Below are positions 27,118 to 35,319 of a stretch of DNA of 43,971 nucleotides, one piece after another. Each line of letters starts with the position of its first letter. Position 1 is the first letter of the stretch. Below the pieces are notes generated by a model. That model had not been told where the DNA came from, ran no database searches, and saw nothing but the letters and a program-made list of their open reading frames with translations. Location: positions 1-43,971 of the IMG/VR virus record IMGVR_UViG_3300036520_000013. One strand, given 5' to 3'. The DNA is from a virus. Taxonomy: Duplodnaviria > Caudoviricetes. The translations under genes and the position numbers were made by a program.

Positions 27118-27314
27118 GCGGCCTTCTCCTCGCTGTAAGCGGCCTCGTCCAGGATAAGGGCGATCTGGTATTCTTCGCTCTGCCCTTTAGCCTGATTAAG
27201 GATGTCCTGAACCGCATAGGCAAGGGCCACATTCTTATCCAGGCAAGCTGCCTTTGGAGCAACGTGGGCGACGTAGGCGGCGGCGAACTTGGCGATTGCT
27301 TGGGTCTTGGTCAT
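27114..27314 (-). CDS. Hypothetical protein
   Basis: AAGGAG RBS; downstream of its own promoter. Confidence 0.65.
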   Translation of the reverse strand: MTKTQAIAKFAAAYVAHVAPKAACLDKNVALAYAVQDILNQAKGQSEEYQIALILDEAAYSEEKAA

Positions 27315-27340
27315 TTGTCGATCTCCTTGTTTGTGAGATC

Positions 27341-27394
27341 AATCTATCCAAGTTACTTGTATGGGTCAAGCGCTAAATACAAGATAGTTGGATA
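27341..27394 (-). promoter_or_regulatory. Sigma70-type promoter with overlapping inverted operator pair
   Basis: TTGACC-N17-TAGATT (27369-27341); TCCAAGTTACTTGTA and TACAAGATAGTTGGA imperfect inverted repeat. Confidence 0.65.
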
Positions 27395-27427
27395 TTTCTG
27401 CGGAGCTTCGTCAATGTGGCTTGTACG

Positions 27428-27997
27428 TTATGCCGCCTGCTCCACCTGCCCCGGCTCAACTTCCACAGGCGTCAGCCGACCGAACATCATGGTGATCACC
27501 TCGATATAGCCCCTGCCCGTTACGTTGGTGACCTCGCCTGAGAACGTGGCGAATGGGCCATCATTGATCCGCACCTTGCTCCCCACGGGGAATTTCATGC
27601 GGGTGGTTTCCTTCTTGGTCTTGCCGATCTCGCGGCGGTAGAGCTTTCCTGCCCGTGTTTCGTCAAAGGCATGCTCGCGCTCTGCCTGCTGGATATGCTG
27701 CAAGGCGCGTTCCTCCAGCGGCGAAAGGGGCATGGGTAGGCCATTGACGCCCAGAACGCTTTCAACGCCTTCACAGCCCCTTATAACGCCCCAGGGGGTC
27801 CTTTCGCGGCTGATTGCTCCCACATCTAGGAACAGATACCGCGGACACAGGCGCAGCTCGCGGGTGATGTGGACATTCTTGCGCCGGTTGTAGCGCTCGA
27901 ACTTCTGCCACGGGGCATAGGTCGAGAAGCCGGCATCACGCAGGTTGCGCTCGGCCTTGTCTTCGCTTTTTATGTTGGTCCTAATCACGTACCACAT
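27428..27997 (-). CDS. NusG/RfaH-family transcription antiterminator (NGN + KOW)
   Basis: MWYVIRT, PRYLF, VRINDGPFATFSGEV, FGRLTPVEV motifs; at the lambda Q position. Confidence 0.92.
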   Translation of the reverse strand: MWYVIRTNIKSEDKAERNLRDAGFSTYAPWQKFERYNRRKNVHITRELRLCPRYLFLDVGAISRERTPWGVIRGCEGVESVLGVNGLPMPLSPLEERALQHIQQAEREHAFDETRAGKLYRREIGKTKKETTRMKFPVGSKVRINDGPFATFSGEVTNVTGRGYIEVITMMFGRLTPVEVEPGQVEQAA

Positions 27998-28037
27998 GTC
28001 TTGCCCCTGTTTAGTGGGTGGGAGTGAGGGTTAGGCG

Positions 28038-28166
28038 TCAAAGGCCGAGCAGCCCCATCATCAAGCCTTTGAATATCTCGCCCAGAATGTTCAGGACGAT
28101 GCTGAAGATGGCGAACAGCAGAGCGAATTCGAAGGTTGTAAATCTGGCCCAGAACTCGTCGCTCAT
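28038..28166 (-). CDS. Small membrane peptide
   Basis: MSDEFWARF... hydrophobic 42 aa; ATGA overlap. Confidence 0.55.
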   Translation of the reverse strand: MSDEFWARFTTFEFALLFAIFSIVLNILGEIFKGLMMGLLGL

Positions 28167-28369
28167 TCTCTCGCTTCCTTGCTGGTAGATTGGGTGGGGG
28201 ATGGAGGGCTGTGTTCTGAACACCATGTCAGGAGGCGCCCGCTGGAGTTGTCGCCAAAGGGCGCTGGATTGCCGCAGATTTCGCAGGTGCTGACCAAGGC
28301 GCGCGGCGTGGTCGGGATGCCATTGCGCTCGATGTCGGGGCCTGACCTTCTGAGGACGCTTGGCATCAT
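28163..28369 (-). CDS. Small Zn-finger hypothetical protein
   Basis: CEICG..APFG...WCSEH. Confidence 0.65.
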   Translation of the reverse strand: MMPSVLRRSGPDIERNGIPTTPRALVSTCEICGNPAPFGDNSSGRLLTWCSEHSPPSPTQSTSKEARE

Positions 28370-29643
28370 GCCATGTCCTCCACCATCTGGATGCGGGTGC
28401 CGAGAACACGCATGGCGTTGACGGCCATGGAGTTGCCAAGGGCTTTGTAGATCGGGCCATCAGCTGGCTTTTTGCCGCGGTAGATGACGCTATCGAAGTA
28501 GTCGTCAGGGAAGCCTTGGAGGCGGCAGCATTCCACTGGCGTCAGACGGCGAACTGCCCAAGCCTCTTGAATGTAGTCGCCGCCTTGGTTCCCGCCGACA
28601 GGACCGCCGGCCATGATTGGCTGCGCTACATCAACAGCGCGCGCCTTGTAGTCCTTGCCGCTATTCTGAGGCATGATGGACCAAGCGACAGACCTTATCG
28701 GCTGGATGTAACCAGACAGCATCGTCTGCAAGCCGGAAAGCCCACGTCCTCCATGAGGGCTATCCTCTGCACACAAAGTCCCTACAACTTCATGGGTAGG
28801 ATGAGCCAAATATGTCTGTTGCTTCATCCCTGGCTCGGCAGCCAGAGCTCCTGCAACCTGAACAGTGCGAACCTCATCTCTCTGGTTCTGAGCAAATGCC
28901 ACTGAAACGATGGGCGTACCTCGCCCGGTCCCATCCTCGCTAGCATCGAACCCCTCGCCCCGCAGAGCATGCGCAACTAGGCGGCCTTGGTAAGCGTCCT
29001 GTCCGCTGTAGCTACCAGGGTGAGTGCCTGCATCAATTGTCCCGGTAACGACTTGCCCCGGTTCTCTGCTCGGCGCAGAATCCCCGCGCAGGCTCGCGCC
29101 GTCAAATAGTACCGCTGCGGCACGTCGCCAGTCTCCAAGATATCCGACAACGAACACACGCCGGCGTCTCTGCGGGACGGCTCGCTCGTAGCCATGTGCT
29201 CGACAGAACTGAGCGTCAAGCACTCGGTAGGCGAACCCATACCCGAGTTCCCCCAGCGCCCCGAGGAAGGTTCCAAAATCCCGTCCATCGTTGGAGGACA
29301 GAACGCCGGGGACATTCTCCCAGACCAGCCAGCGGGGGCGATATCGTGCAGCAATGGCAAGATAGGTGAGCATGAGGTTGCCGCGCGGGTCAGCCAGTCC
29401 GGCTCTGAGGCCTGCGACTGAGAAAGACTGGCAGGGCGTTCCTCCAACAAGAAGGTCAATTGCATGGTCAGGCCACTCCGCGAACTTGGTCATGTCGCCG
29501 TGATTGGGGACATGTGGGTGATGATGGGCGAGGACGGCGCAGGGGAACGGCTCGATCTCTGAGAAGAACTCGGCTTCCCAGCCCAGCACGTTCCACGCCT
29601 GGCTTGCAGCTTCGATGCCAGAACAGACAGAACCGAACCTCAT
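28366..29643 (-). CDS. DNA (cytosine-5) methyltransferase
   Basis: CSGIE (I), GGTPCQ (IV), ENVPG (VI), QRRRRVF (VIII), RRLTPVECCRLQGFP (IX), LGNS (X). Confidence 0.95.
   Translation of the reverse strand: MRFGSVCSGIEAASQAWNVLGWEAEFFSEIEPFPCAVLAHHHPHVPNHGDMTKFAEWPDHAIDLLVGGTPCQSFSVAGLRAGLADPRGNLMLTYLAIAARYRPRWLVWENVPGVLSSNDGRDFGTFLGALGELGYGFAYRVLDAQFCRAHGYERAVPQRRRRVFVVGYLGDWRRAAAVLFDGASLRGDSAPSREPGQVVTGTIDAGTHPGSYSGQDAYQGRLVAHALRGEGFDASEDGTGRGTPIVSVAFAQNQRDEVRTVQVAGALAAEPGMKQQTYLAHPTHEVVGTLCAEDSPHGGRGLSGLQTMLSGYIQPIRSVAWSIMPQNSGKDYKARAVDVAQPIMAGGPVGGNQGGDYIQEAWAVRRLTPVECCRLQGFPDDYFDSVIYRGKKPADGPIYKALGNSMAVNAMRVLGTRIQMVEDMA
28977..29465 (-). CDS. Nested alternative-frame ORF in the methyltransferase, M.EcoHK31I beta-polypeptide-like
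   Basis: 162 aa open frame with WGNSGM, CSLSDILET and ILRRAENRGKSLP, matching recalled beta-subunit motifs; start uncertain. Confidence 0.55.
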   Translation of the reverse strand: MQLTFLLEERPASLSQSQASEPDWLTRAATSCSPILPLLHDIAPAGWSGRMSPAFCPPTMDGILEPSSGRWGNSGMGSPTECLTLSSVEHMATSEPSRRDAGVCSLSDILETGDVPQRYYLTARACAGILRRAENRGKSLPGQLMQALTLVATADRTLTKAA

Positions 29644-30008
29644 CCCTGCGCCCTCTGATCGAGAGCGCTGCGGCCGAGTGGCGGATCACCAGCAAACACA
29701 GCCGTCATCCTCTCCGCCCTGCTCAATCCTGGCCTTGGCTGATAGACTGGGGCTACTGGATCGGGGGCTTTGGCTACCGCTGGGCGCAGGCTGGTCAACT
29801 CAGGTGGCAGGCCCAGGGCGATAAGCACCAGCTTCATGCGCTCCCTGGTGGGTGTCCGCGCTCCACTGCGCCAGAAGCTCAGGTCACTGGCGTGGATGCC
29901 TGCCTGGGCGGCAATCTTCTTGCTGTTCAGGCCGGTGGCGTCCAGCGTGTGAAGAAAATCGCGGACAACGGGGTCGAGGTGAAGGATTGGTCCTCTTGGT
30001 GCGCTCAT
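29640..30008 (-). CDS. XRE-type HTH protein
   Basis: KKIAAQAGIHASDLSFWRSGARTP; GDPPLGRSALD C-terminal motif. Confidence 0.7.
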   Translation of the reverse strand: MSAPRGPILHLDPVVRDFLHTLDATGLNSKKIAAQAGIHASDLSFWRSGARTPTRERMKLVLIALGLPPELTSLRPAVAKAPDPVAPVYQPRPGLSRAERMTAVFAGDPPLGRSALDQRAQG

Positions 30009-30541
30009 GCAGCACCTACCTGGCCCATGTCGCCGTTTTCTGCGTCTGGATCGCCAATGCCTAGCCGAGACAGGCGCGCCCGGTTCGCTGCCATTTGAGC
30101 TTCGCTAATCGGTGGCGGCAGCGCGATCATCGCCGCCTCGTCCACCACCTTGTTGTCAAACCACCAGCCCTCAACGCCATCTTTGACGAAGGTGGGGAGC
30201 ATGGGGTCGTTCTTGAGCATGGCGATCTGGTGCCACTGGTCAGAGCCCACGGCGATGAACTGGCGGTTGGCCTTCCAGCTTTCGACAACCAGCTGGTGCT
30301 CGAACTCTTTCACCACTTGCACCAAGCGGGGCGCTGTCGGCGCAAAGTCGGGATTGTGCCCAGCAACCTCGCCGCGGACGAAAGCACGGCAGGCGCGCTT
30401 CACCGCCTCAAGGGAACAATCCTCGATAGCGAACCGATAGACCTTAGCCGTGTCGCCGGTAATTCTCGATTGGGATGAGGGAAAGGCTTCGAGCATCATT
30501 CCAATCGCCTTGGTCGCTTCGGAAAGCTCGTTCTGGTTCAT
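30005..30541 (-). CDS. Replication-associated protein (helicase loader/inhibitor-like)
   Basis: Follows putative initiator; EAVKRAC..FVRGEV....FAPT motif. Confidence 0.6.
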   Translation of the reverse strand: MNQNELSEATKAIGMMLEAFPSSQSRITGDTAKVYRFAIEDCSLEAVKRACRAFVRGEVAGHNPDFAPTAPRLVQVVKEFEHQLVVESWKANRQFIAVGSDQWHQIAMLKNDPMLPTFVKDGVEGWWFDNKVVDEAAMIALPPPISEAQMAANRARLSRLGIGDPDAENGDMGQVGAA

Positions 30542-31115
30542 CTTTCGGCTCCTCGGCTAGGCTGTGAAAATGGTGGGTTCCGTTGGCAGGCTGTCGGGCT
30601 GGGGAGCCACGGGCAGATGGCTTCGCTAGCCAATCCGGTTTGACGGTTAGCCAGTTTCGCTCGATGCACAGGTCTGCGGCTTCAGAAAGGGGGATTTGGC
30701 AAGTATTCGCTGCTTTGATCAGCAGGTTTGCGGCGTATCCAGTCAGCGGGGCTTTCTTCGCCTTGCGGACCTTGACCAAGCCACTGATCTGATCAGCGCT
30801 GAGCGAAGCGAGGGCGCCTTTGAACTCTGCCAGATCTTTGGAACTAGTATTCTTAGAACTAGTGGTATCTGTATCTAAGGTTTTATCTTCTGCCTGCGCC
30901 ACGTGATCACGCGTGAGGGGTTTGTCACTGTGACGTAACGTGACATCACGTGACTGATCCTTGCTGCGCTTGCGGGCCTGGCGCTCGGCATCGGCAGCTC
31001 TGCGCTTTTCCAGTGCGTCAACCTGCTCTGCCTCATAGGCCAGGATCACCGCCATAATCTGATCATGGGGAGCCTTGGCGGCCATTAGAGGGGCGAGGAG
31101 TGAGCTTAGTTTCAC
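30444..31115 (-). CDS. Putative replication initiator
   Basis: RRAADAERQARKR plus internal iteron-coded SRDVT; RKAKKAPLT...NW C-terminal domain. Confidence 0.65.
   Translation of the reverse strand: MKLSSLLAPLMAAKAPHDQIMAVILAYEAEQVDALEKRRAADAERQARKRSKDQSRDVTLRHSDKPLTRDHVAQAEDKTLDTDTTSSKNTSSKDLAEFKGALASLSADQISGLVKVRKAKKAPLTGYAANLLIKAANTCQIPLSEAADLCIERNWLTVKPDWLAKPSARGSPARQPANGTHHFHSLAEEPKDEPERAFRSDQGDWNDARSLSLIPIENYRRHG
30841..30954. repeat. Putative replication origin iterons
   Basis: GTGAC at 30930, 30940 and 30950 (10-bp period), nearby CGTGA/GTCAC copies, and GAACTAGT x2 in an AT-richer patch. Confidence 0.55.
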
Positions 31116-31618
31116 TTTCCCTGCCTCACTTCGTCAGCAATCATCCCGAGGGCTTCGAACACCTCAGTGGCGCACTTGAAGGCGTCCCGGTAAATCTCAG
31201 AGCCGGTGAACCGGAAAACACGGTAGCCGGCGTTCTGCCAGTCCCTGTCCTTCGCCCTGTCACGCTGCGCCTGTTCCTTGGTGCGCTCGTGGAAGTTATG
31301 CCCGTCGCATTCGATGATGATCTTTTGCTGATATTCCGGATACGTCCAATGGGCGACGAAATCGACTCTGTGCCGGCCGATCTTCTGCTGGCATTTCAGG
31401 ACCGTCTCGAATTCGAGCGCGTTGACCTCGCCATCGTATCCAGGCTCATGGAGCGCCACTTGCCCGTAGTGGTAATCGCCCAAAAGCATGAAGGCCGTGC
31501 CGAACGCTACCTCGATAGGGCTTTCGCAGTAACTGCGAAGCTCATTCGCTACCATGTCGATGCGATAGTCATAAATTTCGTAGGCTTGCTGCCTAAACTG
31601 CCTAGGTAACTCGCTCAT
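31112..31618 (-). CDS. DUF559 / Vsr-like PD-(D/E)xK endonuclease
   Basis: ESPIE, HRVDF, IECDGHNFH, RDRAKDR, GYRVFRFTGSEI. Confidence 0.88.
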   Translation of the reverse strand: MSELPRQFRQQAYEIYDYRIDMVANELRSYCESPIEVAFGTAFMLLGDYHYGQVALHEPGYDGEVNALEFETVLKCQQKIGRHRVDFVAHWTYPEYQQKIIIECDGHNFHERTKEQAQRDRAKDRDWQNAGYRVFRFTGSEIYRDAFKCATEVFEALGMIADEVRQGK

Positions 31619-31935
31619 GCCGCCAGCCTTGCTTCACGAGCGGCCTTGGCAGCGCGCTTAGCTATAGCCTGGCGGCGCTCGTCCTCGTCCAAGTCCCATA
31701 GGGTGCTTTCCCGGCTCATGGCCTGGGCGTTTGGTGTCGGCTTGCGCTTAGGAGGAACGGGCAGGCCATGCTTGCGGCGGTAGTCGCTCAGAACGCGGTG
31801 CACGGCATTGATTGAGCCGTCAATCATCTCCGCAATCTGTTCCGGCTGGTGCCCCCGCTGGAACAGCGCAACGATGGCTAATGTCTGGTTCGGATAGCCA
31901 AGCGTGGTCTTGGTCCGCCGTGTCGAGTAGGTCAT
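31615..31935 (-). CDS. HTH-containing hypothetical protein
   Basis: LGYPNQTLAIVAL...EQIAEMI. Confidence 0.65.
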   Translation of the reverse strand: MTYSTRRTKTTLGYPNQTLAIVALFQRGHQPEQIAEMIDGSINAVHRVLSDYRRKHGLPVPPKRKPTPNAQAMSRESTLWDLDEDERRQAIAKRAAKAAREARLAA

Positions 31936-32105
31936 TTGCTCGGTTCCCGGCTTTTCGCGGTGAAGCGATTTTTGAAGTACTTTGGATAGACGTGGGCCTT
32001 AGCCTCATGGGCAAAGACCGTCGCCATGGTCTTGGTCAGGTTCAGGTGGGCTGTGGTTTTTTGCCCGATGCCATTGGTCTGAACGCCTGTGGCTTCCTTG
32101 GTCAT
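31932..32105 (-). CDS. Small hypothetical protein (57 aa)
   Basis: ATGA overlaps at both ends; MTKEATGVQ... Confidence 0.55.
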   Translation of the reverse strand: MTKEATGVQTNGIGQKTTAHLNLTKTMATVFAHEAKAHVYPKYFKNRFTAKSREPSK

Positions 32106-32452
32106 GCTGCCCTCGCAATGGTGACGACGCAGGGCTCGCCAGTGTCCACCCAGCGGGCGGAGATGGCGCGCAAGACGGTGTTGTCATCTGCGTCGATGAT
32201 GAGGTTTTCTTTCAGGGCGTCGATTAGCGCCTTGAGTGGGTTGTCTATGTCCCTGCGGCGCTTGTCTGGGGCCTTAAGGGTAATGTCCAAGGCAACTGGG
32301 CCATGAACAGGCTTCGCCCGCTGTGCCATGATCTCCAGGCCCGCTGTGCGCTTCCATTCCCGATACTGCTTGGACAGGATGGTGCGGCCGGCAACGGCGC
32401 GGTAGTTGGCATTGACGCTCGGGGGGTAGCTGAGCGTGATGCGGAGGGTCAT
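32102..32452 (-). CDS. rusA: RusA Holliday junction resolvase
   Basis: PPSVN, RRRDIDNPLKALIDAL, DD motifs. Confidence 0.92.
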   Translation of the reverse strand: MTLRITLSYPPSVNANYRAVAGRTILSKQYREWKRTAGLEIMAQRAKPVHGPVALDITLKAPDKRRRDIDNPLKALIDALKENLIIDADDNTVLRAISARWVDTGEPCVVTIARAA

Positions 32453-32616
32453 GGCCTTGGCCTCTCAACTGGCGGGAGTGAATTGGGGCGTACTGCTGCC
32501 CAATCACGAGCTTGCTTGCGCTTGGTGATGGACTTGCCAGCCTTGGCCTTGACGAAGGTTTCAAGCTCGCGTTTGCGCTCGTTGAAGTCTCTGGTCCAAG
32601 TGCGGGTGTTGCCCAT
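32449..32616 (-). CDS. Small basic hypothetical protein (55 aa)
   Basis: Fills gap, coupled to the rusA start. Confidence 0.5.
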   Translation of the reverse strand: MGNTRTWTRDFNERKRELETFVKAKAGKSITKRKQARDWAAVRPNSLPPVERPRP

Positions 32617-32618
32617 GG

Positions 32619-32912
32619 TTATTCAGCCGCGCTGCTGATGCTGACCACATTGGCGTGGGCAGCCGTGGGAGCGGGTTCGGACAACAGCGTGAGAGCGGTG
32701 CCAATGTCATCGATCTGAGCCGAAAGCTCATCACGCTCGCCCGTCAGTACATCACGCAGGGCTAAAAGCTCTGTGCGGCGCTGATCATGCTCCCGGCGAA
32801 CTCGGGCGGAATGATTTCCCACCACATAGGTCTGCGCCGGGGCTTTGGATGGGAGTGTGACTTCGTTCTCAGGCTTGGTGGTCATTGTCCGTTTCCTCAT
32901 CTTCGGGTTCAT
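32619..32912 (-). CDS. Hypothetical coiled-coil protein
   Basis: ORF in early operon, coupled to upstream stop. Confidence 0.55.
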   Translation of the reverse strand: MNPKMRKRTMTTKPENEVTLPSKAPAQTYVVGNHSARVRREHDQRRTELLALRDVLTGERDELSAQIDDIGTALTLLSEPAPTAAHANVVSISSAAE

Positions 32913-33310
32913 TCGGCAGCCGTTCGTGGCGTCTCGCCCTGCGTCGAAGCCAAAAGAGCCTCAGCCTCATCGACAAGAGCGAGGCCAGCCGGCGAAGTGG
33001 CGATGGCCTTGGTAATGGCGATTTCATGGGCAAGTCGTGCCTCCTGGCTTTGGATTTCGGCCGCAACAGCCAGTTGAAGTGCTTTGTAAAGATCAGCCCA
33101 GATGCGCTTGGGCTTGCGATAGCGAAGCGACCACAGGATCTGCTCTGGCACGTTGTGCTTGCGGGCTGCTCGAGCGCGGGCAGCGTCGATGGTGTCGCCG
33201 GGGCCGCGATGTTCGCGCCTCACCAGCAAATCGGCCCAGTTGGCGGCCTCATCAACAACGGACAGGTCAGTCATTGGCTTTTGCTCCGGGAGCAAAGGAT
33301 GGTTGCGCAT
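32909..33310 (-). CDS. Phage regulatory protein (CII-position)
   Basis: RGPGDTIDAA...LWSLRYRKPK motif common in alphaproteobacterial prophages; start uncertain. Confidence 0.7.
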   Translation of the reverse strand: MRNHPLLPEQKPMTDLSVVDEAANWADLLVRREHRGPGDTIDAARARAARKHNVPEQILWSLRYRKPKRIWADLYKALQLAVAAEIQSQEARLAHEIAITKAIATSPAGLALVDEAEALLASTQGETPRTAAE

Positions 33311-33712
33311 TCGGAAATCCGATCTCGTTAGGTTCAATCCCAACGAGGCCGGTAAGAGACGAAAGGGCAGACAGATGGAGCCGATCAGCGAGACGTTGAG
33401 AGAGATGCTGGTCCGGCAGGGGATTGACGCCGGAAGGCCTGCAAGCCGACTGGCGACGAGGCGCGGACAACGGGCTGCAACCCGTAAATCCGCAAGGATA
33501 AAAGCCCGGAGCGCTGCCGAGGGAAGCGCGCTGCCGGGAAGTGCGGGCCTGGAGGATCGGGGCCCGATTCACTTGGCGTGGGTGAACCCCATGGCCATAG
33601 GAGGACGCACCGCGAAGATGCGCCGTCCTATGCTCGTGGTTGTGAAATGACGCGATGGCCTTGGGCGACAACGCATATGCAAAGACCGAGATGGTTGGTT
33701 GACGCGCTTGCA

Positions 33713-33811
33713 TCACCAAGGCCCCGACATCAGCCAGAACATGCCGGCCAGCACGAACACGGCGCACCACATGAGCCCAGCAGCGGTGATGACAGCGAGC
33801 GGGCGGTTCAT
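33713..33811 (-). CDS. 32-aa membrane peptide
   Basis: MNRPLAVITAAGLMWCAVFVLAGMFWLMSGPW; ATGA coupling. Confidence 0.5.
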   Translation of the reverse strand: MNRPLAVITAAGLMWCAVFVLAGMFWLMSGPW

Positions 33812-33948
33812 AGAGCACCTACCCATACCCAAACGGCCACCGACACCATGTAAGCCAGGAAGCAAAAGGCCCATGCTGCAATTGCCAGACCGATCCAGGT
33901 CCAGCCACGAGGCAATGAGGTGGGGCGAGTTAGGGTGCGAACGTTCAT
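33808..33948 (-). CDS. 46-aa membrane peptide
   Basis: LPRGWTWIGLAIAAWAF...; ATGA coupling to DUF2312 gene. Confidence 0.55.
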   Translation of the reverse strand: MNVRTLTRPTSLPRGWTWIGLAIAAWAFCFLAYMVSVAVWVWVGAL

Positions 33949-34208
33949 TGTGCCATCCCCAAATTGCTCATGTAGAGCTGCAGAATGGCGTCTTGCTCGG
34001 CGCGTTCGTTCGGGTCCATCTTGCGGAGCTTGACGATGAGCTTCATGACCTTCACGTCATAGCCGCGGCCCTTGGCTTCGGACCAAATCTCGGCAATGTC
34101 GGCGCTAATCGCGGCCTTCTCTTCGTTCATCCGCTCTACGCGGTCTATGAACTGGCGCAGCTCGTCAGAGGCCACGGTGTTGCTGTCGCTATCGTCGCGA
34201 TAGTTCAT
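33945..34208 (-). CDS. DUF2312 / GapR-like DNA-binding protein
   Basis: ELRQFIDRVERMNEEK...EAKGRGYDVK...LYMSNLGM. Confidence 0.92.
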   Translation of the reverse strand: MNYRDDSDSNTVASDELRQFIDRVERMNEEKAAISADIAEIWSEAKGRGYDVKVMKLIVKLRKMDPNERAEQDAILQLYMSNLGMAQ

Positions 34209-34430
34209 TCAAGCCTCCGATTTATTTTTATTGTGAGCGGTGTTCACATCACGCTTGATGGATGCGGTGTACCAGTCGAACAGAGCCGCAAACGTCATGG
34301 CCAAGCTGATGAGAATGGCCCACCGGAGCCACCACCAGCTCTCATGGGAATCCTGCAAGGCGTTGAAAAACTGCCCAGCGAGACACCCTATGAACCAAAG
34401 GGCGCAGGAGACCACGAAGCGCTTGCTCAT
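34209..34430 (-). CDS. Small 2-TM membrane protein
   Basis: Two hydrophobic segments; coupled to cro stop. Confidence 0.55.
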   Translation of the reverse strand: MSKRFVVSCALWFIGCLAGQFFNALQDSHESWWWLRWAILISLAMTFAALFDWYTASIKRDVNTAHNKNKSEA

Positions 34431-34651
34431 GATGCTTGTGCCATGTCAGAGGCACTGGCCTTTGCAGCGGCACGAAGCTCTGCCCGACGCGCCAAGCGCT
34501 CGAGAAATGCCTTGGCTGTGCCCCGTTCGGGAATGCGCCCATTCTCCCAGCGAGAGACGGTGGACACATCCACCCCAGCCTGCTCAGCCAGTTTGGCGCG
34601 GGTCCAATTCAGGTGTTTACGGATGAACTTGATGTCGATGTTCTGTGCCAT
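34427..34651 (-). CDS. cro: Cro-like HTH repressor
   Basis: RAKLAEQAGVDVSTVSRWENG; divergent from CI. Confidence 0.85.
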   Translation of the reverse strand: MAQNIDIKFIRKHLNWTRAKLAEQAGVDVSTVSRWENGRIPERGTAKAFLERLARRAELRAAAKASASDMAQAS

Positions 34652-34662
34652 GGTCAGCAGTA

Positions 34663-34724
34663 TGTGCATAACGCACACCTTGCCGTCAAGTCGAAATGCA
34701 CATACCGTCCGTGCAAAATGCACT
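34663..34724. promoter_or_regulatory. Right operator/promoter region
   Basis: Palindromes TGTGC-N5-GCACA at 34663-34677 and CGTGC-N5-GCACT at 34710-34724. Confidence 0.8.
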
Positions 34725-34725
34725 C

Positions 34726-35319
34726 ATGTTTGATGACCGCCCAGATTTCGCAAAAAGATTGGAGAAAGCCCGCATTGATCGGGGCTTCAAGTCCGGCCGC
34801 GCCGCTGCCGAGTTCTTTGGCTGGAAGTACGACAGCTACGCCCAGCACGAAAACGGCACACGCGGTATCACGCGAGCTGCTGGCAAATATGCCAAGGCGT
34901 TCCGCGTCAGCGAGGCATGGCTGCTCACTGGTGAAGGCGAGAAAACGTCAGGACGCCAGGTGCGACTAGCCGGGTTCGTCGGAGCGGGCCAAGAGGTCTA
35001 TCAGTTCGATGACGGGAACGCCGGTTGGGTTGACGCGCCGCCAGCCGTTGAAGATGGCACAGAGGCAGTCGAGGTACGCGGCGAGAGTATGCTGCCCCTC
35101 TATGAGGATGGAACGATCCTCTACTACTCCAAGCAGATGCCGCCAGAGACAATGATCGGGAAACGCTGCATTCTCCGTCTTGAGGACGAGCGAACGCTGG
35201 TCAAAACGCTTCGGCGGGGCAGCGAAAAGGGGCTTTACACCTTGGGCAGCTTGAATGCGCCCGACATTGAAGACGTTGGGGTGATTTGGGCTGCGCCGAT
35301 TGACTGGATCAAGCCCTAG
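34726..35319 (+). CDS. cI: CI-like repressor (HTH + S24 peptidase)
   Basis: RLEKAR...YAQHENG...AWLLTGEG; VRGESM (Ser) and VKTL (Lys) autocleavage dyad; VGAG cleavage site. Confidence 0.93.
   Translation: MFDDRPDFAKRLEKARIDRGFKSGRAAAEFFGWKYDSYAQHENGTRGITRAAGKYAKAFRVSEAWLLTGEGEKTSGRQVRLAGFVGAGQEVYQFDDGNAGWVDAPPAVEDGTEAVEVRGESMLPLYEDGTILYYSKQMPPETMIGKRCILRLEDERTLVKTLRRGSEKGLYTLGSLNAPDIEDVGVIWAAPIDWIKP

Noticed and set aside
28366-31618. Restriction-modification pair (C5 methyltransferase plus DUF559 nuclease)
   Set aside because: Genes are separated by replication genes, and both are common orphan phage genes; no evidence of a cognate pair
33699-34733. 344-aa plus-strand ORF
   Set aside because: Antisense shadow of cro, DUF2312 and small genes; no recognisable motifs
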